Shown here one piece after another: positions 26,627 through 32,000 of a DNA stretch of 32,000 nt. Origin of the DNA: Planctopirus limnophila DSM 3776 (lineage in GTDB: Bacteria; Planctomycetota; Planctomycetia; Planctomycetales; Planctomycetaceae); contig NC_014148.1 of the NCBI RefSeq assembly GCF_000092105.1, forward strand, positions 1,470,001-1,502,000, read 5' to 3'. Position numbers and translations under genes: made by a program. Under the pieces are notes generated by a model, which searched no databases, had not been told where the DNA came from, and worked only from the letters and a program-made list of their open reading frames with translations. Each line of letters starts with the position of its first letter. Positions within the stretch are counted from its first letter, which is position 1.

Positions 26627-28774
26627 TTATTTCACAGGAGTACGTTTGAACGCAGGGAGCCAGCGAGACTGGATTTTCTCTGACGATGAATCTGGCTCAT
26701 CATCGGCAGCGGAGCGATCGGCTGTCGGTTTTGAGGACGATTTTTTCTCAGCTCGTGGGGAGTCATCCGGCTCAGATTGAGAAGGCAGCCCCGAGTTTGG
26801 TTCGTTCTTCTCCGAGCTCTTTTCCGGTGTTTTTCTGGAGGCCGGTTTCTTCTCGGAACCATCGGTTTTCACACTCGCCATCGAAGGCTCAGCATTCTTA
26901 TCTGCCAGACTCTTTTCGCTGGCATCAGGCTTCTGCGAGACGGCCTTCAGACTCTCTGCATCGGTCTTGAGTGCCAGGGGATCGGATTCTTCACCAATAG
27001 CCTTTTCGGGGGAGATGGGGAACATATTGGGTGAGAGATTTTCACGGCCCACGCGAGCTTTACGGCTGGCTGGCAGCGATCCATCAGCATCGGGGCGACT
27101 ATAAAAACGCCCGGCTTTCGGGAGTGCATCCATAGCAAACTCACCGGGAAGATTCTGCTGACGATTCGCCTGCACCAGAAGTTGCACAATATCTGGATAA
27201 CTGGCGCCCATCTCGGCAGCAGCGTAGATCACGTCAGCCACTTTGAGAGAGGTTTCTTTCCGTTCGTCGGCCTGGCCAACAGCAAACTTCGCGACGGAGA
27301 CCGTACGGCTGCCAGGGGGAATCGTGACCATAATGCCGCGACCAGCCGTCGCGTACATGGGGGCAATAAACTCCTGATCGGCACCGAACAGCACGATTTC
27401 CGGTCGTGTTCGTAGCGTGACGTGTGTCATCGGCTGGCCAGTTGTTTTGAGGACATGCAGTTGATACTGCTTATCTTTGAGTGGAATTCCGCGGATGAAA
27501 GGCTCCTCGCGAGAAGCCGTCCACATGGCCCGGAAGGCGCCATATCGAGTCTCTGCCGTTGGTTCGCTCATGAGTTCGCGAAGTTTGACATACGATTCGG
27601 CGTCTTCGATCGTCGAAAGTGCAGAAAGGGCAAACACGCGAAATGCTGGTTCTTCCCGAACGCACTTCTCAAGCACATCCACGCCTGAGGTATCCCCTAA
27701 GTAGGCCAATGCGACAGCCGCATAGAACTGGCATTCCAGGAGTGGGGCTTCCAGTGCTCCCTTTAATGTCGGAATTGCATCCTTACCCACAGCTTCCAGT
27801 TGTAACGAGGCACTCTCGGCTTTATCTGGTTCAAAGATATCTTTCGCCAGCTTCTGCAATCTGACCCGGCGAGTGACCGTTGTTTCTCGAAAGGCAATGC
27901 TCCGAATCACTTGCAGGTAGCGGGGGTAGTTCTCGCGGTAGGTGGGGTGAATTTTCAGAATGATTTTCTGATCGGTTTTGGCCTCAGCCATCGAAACTTT
28001 GATGCCCGATTTGTCGTAATCATGGAAGCGAATGCCAATCGCTTCGGCAATACGCGAAGAGTTACGGACAGACCGCACATCGTTCCGCAGAAAAATCGCC
28101 AGATCGCGTTCGCGCAGCACAGTCGCGCCACCTAGAACTCGCCCCATCCGCTTTTGCAGCTCGACTTCCGATTTCGAGCCACCCAGGACAGACGAAGTGA
28201 GGATCGGGCCTTTGGCCTTGGCAAAAGTATGTCCTTCGAGCACACCACGCCCAGGAACAAACGCATGCTCCGTCAGATCGCAGTCGAGCAGATAGCCACC
28301 TTCAAGACTGGTGGCTTGTGCACTTTCGGGAATTTTGACTTCCACATCGATGGTGGCCCCTTTTTCAATCAAAGGTGGCAGGTAAGCCTTAATGACCACA
28401 AGTGCCGTGTTCGGCGAAGCCAGAATCTGGTTGGGATTGGGAACATTTCTCCGCTTCATGTCTTCCAGCAGCAACGAGCGGAATTGCGAAGGAGCAGGGT
28501 CTCCACCAGTTCCATTCAGGCCGACCACCAGACCGACACCTTCAAGGATCACAGGCTCAAGCCCTGCGAAACTGGCGTAAGTTCCAATCAGAGGAGTTTC
28601 GGTTTTTGTGGCGAATTCATCCTCGATCTCTTCTTCAGATTTCGATTCCGATGCGGCCTTGGACTTCTCAGATTTCCCGAACTTGAAGGGATTCATCGCC
28701 ATGTGAGTAGCGCAAAAGCCTGTGGTGGCTAACAGCACAATCAGCGACCAGCAAAATCGATGTCCAGAGATCAT
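26627..28774 (-). CDS. FlgI (flagellar P-ring)-like protein with an internal HEAT-repeat insertion and a long disordered C-terminal tail
   Basis: Signal/TM N-terminus. 'ILEGVGLVVGLNGTGGDP', 'VVIKAYLPPLIEKGATIDVEVKI..ATSLEGGYLL', 'RIAEAIGIRF' and 'VADVIYAAAEMGASYPDIVQLLVQA' parallel the conserved FlgI blocks (GLVVGLNGTGD; LPPF..G..IDV.VSS.GDAKSL.GG.LL; IN..F; L..LV.ALN.LG..P.DLI.ILQA). Residues ~300-430 (27487-27877) are HEAT/PBS-lyase-like (AIPTLKGALEAPLLECQFYAAVALAYLGDTSGVDVLEK). Residues ~555-715 form an S/E/K/P/D-rich tail. Confidence 0.7.
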   Translation of the reverse strand: MISGHRFCWSLIVLLATTGFCATHMAMNPFKFGKSEKSKAASESKSEEEIEDEFATKTETPLIGTYASFAGLEPVILEGVGLVVGLNGTGGDPAPSQFRSLLLEDMKRRNVPNPNQILASPNTALVVIKAYLPPLIEKGATIDVEVKIPESAQATSLEGGYLLDCDLTEHAFVPGRGVLEGHTFAKAKGPILTSSVLGGSKSEVELQKRMGRVLGGATVLRERDLAIFLRNDVRSVRNSSRIAEAIGIRFHDYDKSGIKVSMAEAKTDQKIILKIHPTYRENYPRYLQVIRSIAFRETTVTRRVRLQKLAKDIFEPDKAESASLQLEAVGKDAIPTLKGALEAPLLECQFYAAVALAYLGDTSGVDVLEKCVREEPAFRVFALSALSTIEDAESYVKLRELMSEPTAETRYGAFRAMWTASREEPFIRGIPLKDKQYQLHVLKTTGQPMTHVTLRTRPEIVLFGADQEFIAPMYATAGRGIMVTIPPGSRTVSVAKFAVGQADERKETSLKVADVIYAAAEMGASYPDIVQLLVQANRQQNLPGEFAMDALPKAGRFYSRPDADGSLPASRKARVGRENLSPNMFPISPEKAIGEESDPLALKTDAESLKAVSQKPDASEKSLADKNAEPSMASVKTDGSEKKPASRKTPEKSSEKNEPNSGLPSQSEPDDSPRAEKKSSSKPTADRSAADDEPDSSSEKIQSRWLPAFKRTPVK

Positions 28775-29235
28775 GGAGAACTCCCGGCGGGAAGCGGCCT
28801 GTTGGCACGCTTTTTATGCAAACGAGAACGGATCAATCGTGTTGGCAAAGGGTCTTGCCACTCGAAAATCGATAAGTTTGAAGGCGAAAAACTTGAGGTG
28901 AAAACTCAAATGGCAGGCTGGAACGTTATGGAAAGAGAGGGGAATGAGAATTGACGTGAGCAGGAGGAAGGTAGACCTTGATTCTGAAGAGTAGTTTCCG
29001 GGGGTCTATCAGGTCAAGACGAGGTTGATCGACGGATCATGGGCCAGGCGAAGAATTTCTGGAAGTTGAGATATTGAAAAGATTTGTCGTCAGCGTGTTT
29101 GGGTTCTGTTAAACTGTCATTCACTGGAACTCATTGCCGACGACGGCTCTGGCCTCATCCGCGATTGCGATCAGCTCAATGGTTATTGCAGGCTCGGAAA
29201 AATCGTTGTCCGGCTTGCAGAAGGATAAATTCACG

Positions 29236-31107
29236 ATGTCAGCCAGCCTGATTATCACTTGTCCCGCCTGTCAGCGGGAACTGAAGATTCATGATCGTCG
29301 TATGCTGGGCCGCAAGGGGAAGTGTCCTAAATGCCAGCATGTCTTCGTGATGGAAGAACCGCCGGAAGTGGTGTTAGAAGCCGTTGATGAAACCCCAGCG
29401 GCTGAACCCATCCGGTCGGCAGCTTCTGTAGCTGCTCAGGCACAACCGATGACCCAGCCAATGACCCAGCCGGCGGGATTTCCAGGGGCCTTTCCCGGTC
29501 TTGATGTCGAACCGACTTCGATTCGCTCGATGAAATCCAAGCGTAAGCCCAAAAGTCTAGTCAACCGATTGGTCGGCCCGATCCTGGCACTTGCTGTGGT
29601 GGCTGGTGGTGCCGCCGTTGCTTATGTTTCGTTCGGGTCGTCCGCTGTCGGCAAGCCAGCAGCTTTCTCGCCCAATCCCGCCGAGTTACAACCAGCCGTG
29701 AATCTCACCGCCACCACTCCTGTGGCAGCTCCCAAATTTACAATTGACTCCATCGAGTTTCAGCCACCCACCACGAAGCAGCCACTCGTGCTCCGTTATG
29801 TCCCTGCGGGAACACGAGTGATTGTCCATCTGCGTCCCGCTGATCTCTGGAAAGCGAATACGCTGGAAGAAGAGGTTCGCTACTCATTGGGGCCCATTGC
29901 CGAGTTCGCCGCAGCACAGATCAAGCTCTACTCCGGGGTAGAACCTGCCAACGTCGAGCAGGCCACGTTCTGCCTGATACCCACACAACGAGGCATGGCC
30001 CCCAGTGTCGCTGCCGTCTTTACTTTCGTGGAGCCCATTAAAAAGAGCGACTTTCTCGAAAAGTACGGCGGTCAGCGCGATGACACGAATGGGTATCCGA
30101 TCTATCTCACCGATAAATTAGGCTACCTGCTTTCCAGTGATGCCAAAACCATGGCCATTGCTCCGATTGAACTCGCCCCCGAGATGGCTCAGGCTTCGAC
30201 CAATCCCAATCCGACGATTGGCGGAATTGAAGAATTGCTGCCATTACTCGATTCCAGTCGGCAGATGACAGTTGTGTTTGAACCTCTGGCTGTCCGGCTC
30301 GATGCCGAATTTCTGGTCCCCGCTCCCGCCCGCCCGATGCTCGACAAAATGCTGGACTGGCTGGGTGATGATGTCGAAGCAGCCGCATGGAGCCTGCATT
30401 TAAGTGAGAAAGGTTTGTTCTCGCACATGTGGCTGAGAAACTCGAATGTCATTCAGCCCAATCGCCTGGCCAAGCTGATCGATCAGAAGCTCGATGCGTT
30501 GCCGCAGATTTTTCTGAGTGCCGTTCAGTCCATGTCACCGCGGGAGATGGGTAAGCGTCAGTTGATTGGCCGATTTCCAGCGATGGCCAGAGCCTTCAGT
30601 ATGGCCAGTCGAACCAAAGTCGGCTCGCATCATGTCGAAGTCATTACACCATTACCCGAACGAGCGGCACCCAACCTGGCGCTAGCAGCACTGCTGGCGT
30701 GGGATGAATCGACCCGCACTGATTTCTCGCGTAAGCCTGCAGCCCAGACCATGGCACAAACGAACGCTCCCGCAGCAGGCCCCAAACTTCCTGAGGCTTT
30801 GAGTAAGGTCATTGATGTTGATTTCCGGCGAACGCCTCTCCAGGAAGCATTTGCCTATGTGGCCGATGAGTTGAAGATCACCATCGATATCGATGGTGAT
30901 GCTCTCAAGCTTTCAGGTTACACCAAAAACATGCCTCAAGAGTTTCAGTTGACTCAGGTGAGTGCCAATAAAGCCCTGGCTGAAATTCTGAAAAAATACG
31001 ACAAAATGTGCCTGGTGATTGATCAGAAGCAGAATCGAGTCCTGGTAACGACCTATCCTGTCGCGGAAACGCAGAAGCTGACCCCTTATGTCTTCCCCAA
31101 GGAGTAA
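29236..31107 (+). CDS. Zinc-ribbon / single-pass membrane protein with large extracytoplasmic region and C-terminal STN/secretin-N0-like domain
   Basis: I prefer the ATG at 29236 (MSASLIITCPACQ...), because the track start at 29134 is TTG. A CPxC-N18-CPxC zinc ribbon (ITCPACQRELKIHDRRMLGRKGKCPKCQHVF) spans 29260-29334. A Pro/Gln linker contains PMTQPMTQP. The TM helix is LVGPILALAVVAGGAAVAYVSFG. The C-terminal 'VIDVDFRRTPLQEAFAYVADELKITIDID...LTQVSANKALAEILKKYDKMCLVIDQKQNRVLVTT' (30808-31104) fits the 'isl.f.d.pl.d.l..la...g..i' STN/N0 pattern. Confidence 0.65.
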   Translation: MSASLIITCPACQRELKIHDRRMLGRKGKCPKCQHVFVMEEPPEVVLEAVDETPAAEPIRSAASVAAQAQPMTQPMTQPAGFPGAFPGLDVEPTSIRSMKSKRKPKSLVNRLVGPILALAVVAGGAAVAYVSFGSSAVGKPAAFSPNPAELQPAVNLTATTPVAAPKFTIDSIEFQPPTTKQPLVLRYVPAGTRVIVHLRPADLWKANTLEEEVRYSLGPIAEFAAAQIKLYSGVEPANVEQATFCLIPTQRGMAPSVAAVFTFVEPIKKSDFLEKYGGQRDDTNGYPIYLTDKLGYLLSSDAKTMAIAPIELAPEMAQASTNPNPTIGGIEELLPLLDSSRQMTVVFEPLAVRLDAEFLVPAPARPMLDKMLDWLGDDVEAAAWSLHLSEKGLFSHMWLRNSNVIQPNRLAKLIDQKLDALPQIFLSAVQSMSPREMGKRQLIGRFPAMARAFSMASRTKVGSHHVEVITPLPERAAPNLALAALLAWDESTRTDFSRKPAAQTMAQTNAPAAGPKLPEALSKVIDVDFRRTPLQEAFAYVADELKITIDIDGDALKLSGYTKNMPQEFQLTQVSANKALAEILKKYDKMCLVIDQKQNRVLVTTYPVAETQKLTPYVFPKE

Positions 31108-31217
31108 ATGACTCCTTGAACATGTCGTTAAGTAATTTTCACTCAAGGCGTTAGCGTCTCTTGTACTGAGCGTGTTGATTTTCGATCTGGCGAAACTTTG
31201 TTGATCTGGTGGGCTCA

Positions 31218-32000
31218 ATGCCATTTCCTGCCTGCCCTAAGTGCCTGGCTCCGATTCGTATTCGCGATCGGAAGTTTGTCGGTCGGGAGATTCCCTGCCC
31301 AAGCTGTGCTGCGCCCATTGTGCCGCTCGTGACTGGGCACGATGAATGGCAAGTCATCCTTCCAGAGGAGTACGCCCGACAATCCGCAGCGACAAGCCAT
31401 TCAGCGAAATCGAATCTGGAAAAGCAAACGATAGGGGTGCATGCGTCAACAGGCCCGGCAATCGTCAAACCACAGGGGGCTGGTACCCTGCGTGTGGGCG
31501 GCCGGCAGTTGAAAGCACCTTCGCCATTTGTCATGGCCTGGATCGGATCAGGAGTCATCACATTTTGTATCGTGATGGTCATCGTGCAGTCCTTTTCGCG
31601 TCGGGAACACCAGGCCCGCGGGTTAGTGACTCAGCAACCGAATGAAGACTCACAGAAACAGCCTGTCCAGCCAATTGAGAATTCCGATCCCGGTCAAACA
31701 ACGGGTGAAAAAGAACTCGTGCCGCAGCCACCTCCTGCCTCGCATGAAAAGCTCGCTGGCCTGGGACAGTGGCTCTCTGGCCAACTGGCCAGCCAGGGAG
31801 CATTTCCTGCTGCCACCACTGGTAAGAGTGAGAACCCGGAGGATGCCTGGGGTTGGCTGAACCGATACGTCGCTCAGACTCAGCCGACAATCGTGCCACC
31901 ACCTTTTGATGGTTCATGGCGCGGCCCGACTCACGATCGATTTGTGCGTCGTCGTATGAATTCCCTCCTGATCAATGAGCAGGAGGGCCTCATGGGCAGT
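31218..32000 (+). CDS. Second zinc-ribbon / single-pass membrane protein (3' partial; not in supplied ORF track because no stop occurs before the window end)
   Basis: I translated by hand from the ATG at 31218: MPFPACPKCLAPIRIRDRKFVGREIPCPSCAAPIVPLVTGHDEWQVILPEEYARQS...PSPFVMAWIGSGVITFCIVMVIVQSFSRREHQARG...WGWLNRYVAQTQ...LINEQEGLMGS. The frame stays open to base 32000. It has a CPxC-N17-CPxC ribbon (31233-31307) and then a TM helix, the same layout as the upstream gene. The minus-strand ORFs listed for this region (31151-31582, 31579-31917) are R/P/G-rich and look spurious. Confidence 0.55.
   Translation, partial: MPFPACPKCLAPIRIRDRKFVGREIPCPSCAAPIVPLVTGHDEWQVILPEEYARQSAATSHSAKSNLEKQTIGVHASTGPAIVKPQGAGTLRVGGRQLKAPSPFVMAWIGSGVITFCIVMVIVQSFSRREHQARGLVTQQPNEDSQKQPVQPIENSDPGQTTGEKELVPQPPPASHEKLAGLGQWLSGQLASQGAFPAATTGKSENPEDAWGWLNRYVAQTQPTIVPPPFDGSWRGPTHDRFVRRRMNSLLINEQEGLMGS

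Noticed and set aside
1-32000. Prophage, integrative element or defence island.
   Set aside because: No integrase, transposase, recombinase, restriction-modification, toxin-antitoxin, Cas, or other recognisable defence or phage genes. Gene content is housekeeping and envelope-related throughout.

Overview
This looks like an ordinary chromosomal window with a Planctomycetota / PVC-superphylum flavour. That placement is an inference from a PVC-type heme-binding 'membrane-bound dehydrogenase', two DUF1080 domains, giant secreted proteins and weak Shine-Dalgarno usage; GC is roughly mid-50s % by eye. I support 18 protein-coding genes: an S41 tail-specific protease (5' partial), a PVC dehydrogenase/cytochrome c fusion, a hypothetical protein, a SUFU-like protein, a 2057-aa thioester alpha-2-macroglobulin, a GT2 glycosyltransferase, nadA, a PIG-L/LmbE deacetylase, a GNAT, a DUF1080 lipoprotein, a secreted hypothetical, a ChlI-like AAA+ ATPase, rimI, an SGNH-DUF1080 fusion, smc, an expanded FlgI-like protein, and two tandem zinc-ribbon membrane proteins (the second runs off the 3' end and is absent from the ORF track). 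I saw no rRNA, tRNA, CRISPR, transposase, integrase or phage genes. The main structure not explained by genes is a ~100-143 bp nested-palindrome (MITE/REP-like) repeat. It occurs four times, always intergenic and close to stop codons. One copy is bracketed by a perfect 18-bp duplication of the smc stop region. The best candidates for something undescribed are this repeat family and the divergent FlgI-like(HEAT-insert) / zinc-ribbon-TM-STN-like gene cluster at 26.6-32 kb. Both are hypotheses that need database and experimental checks. No canonical defence or mobile system is evident.
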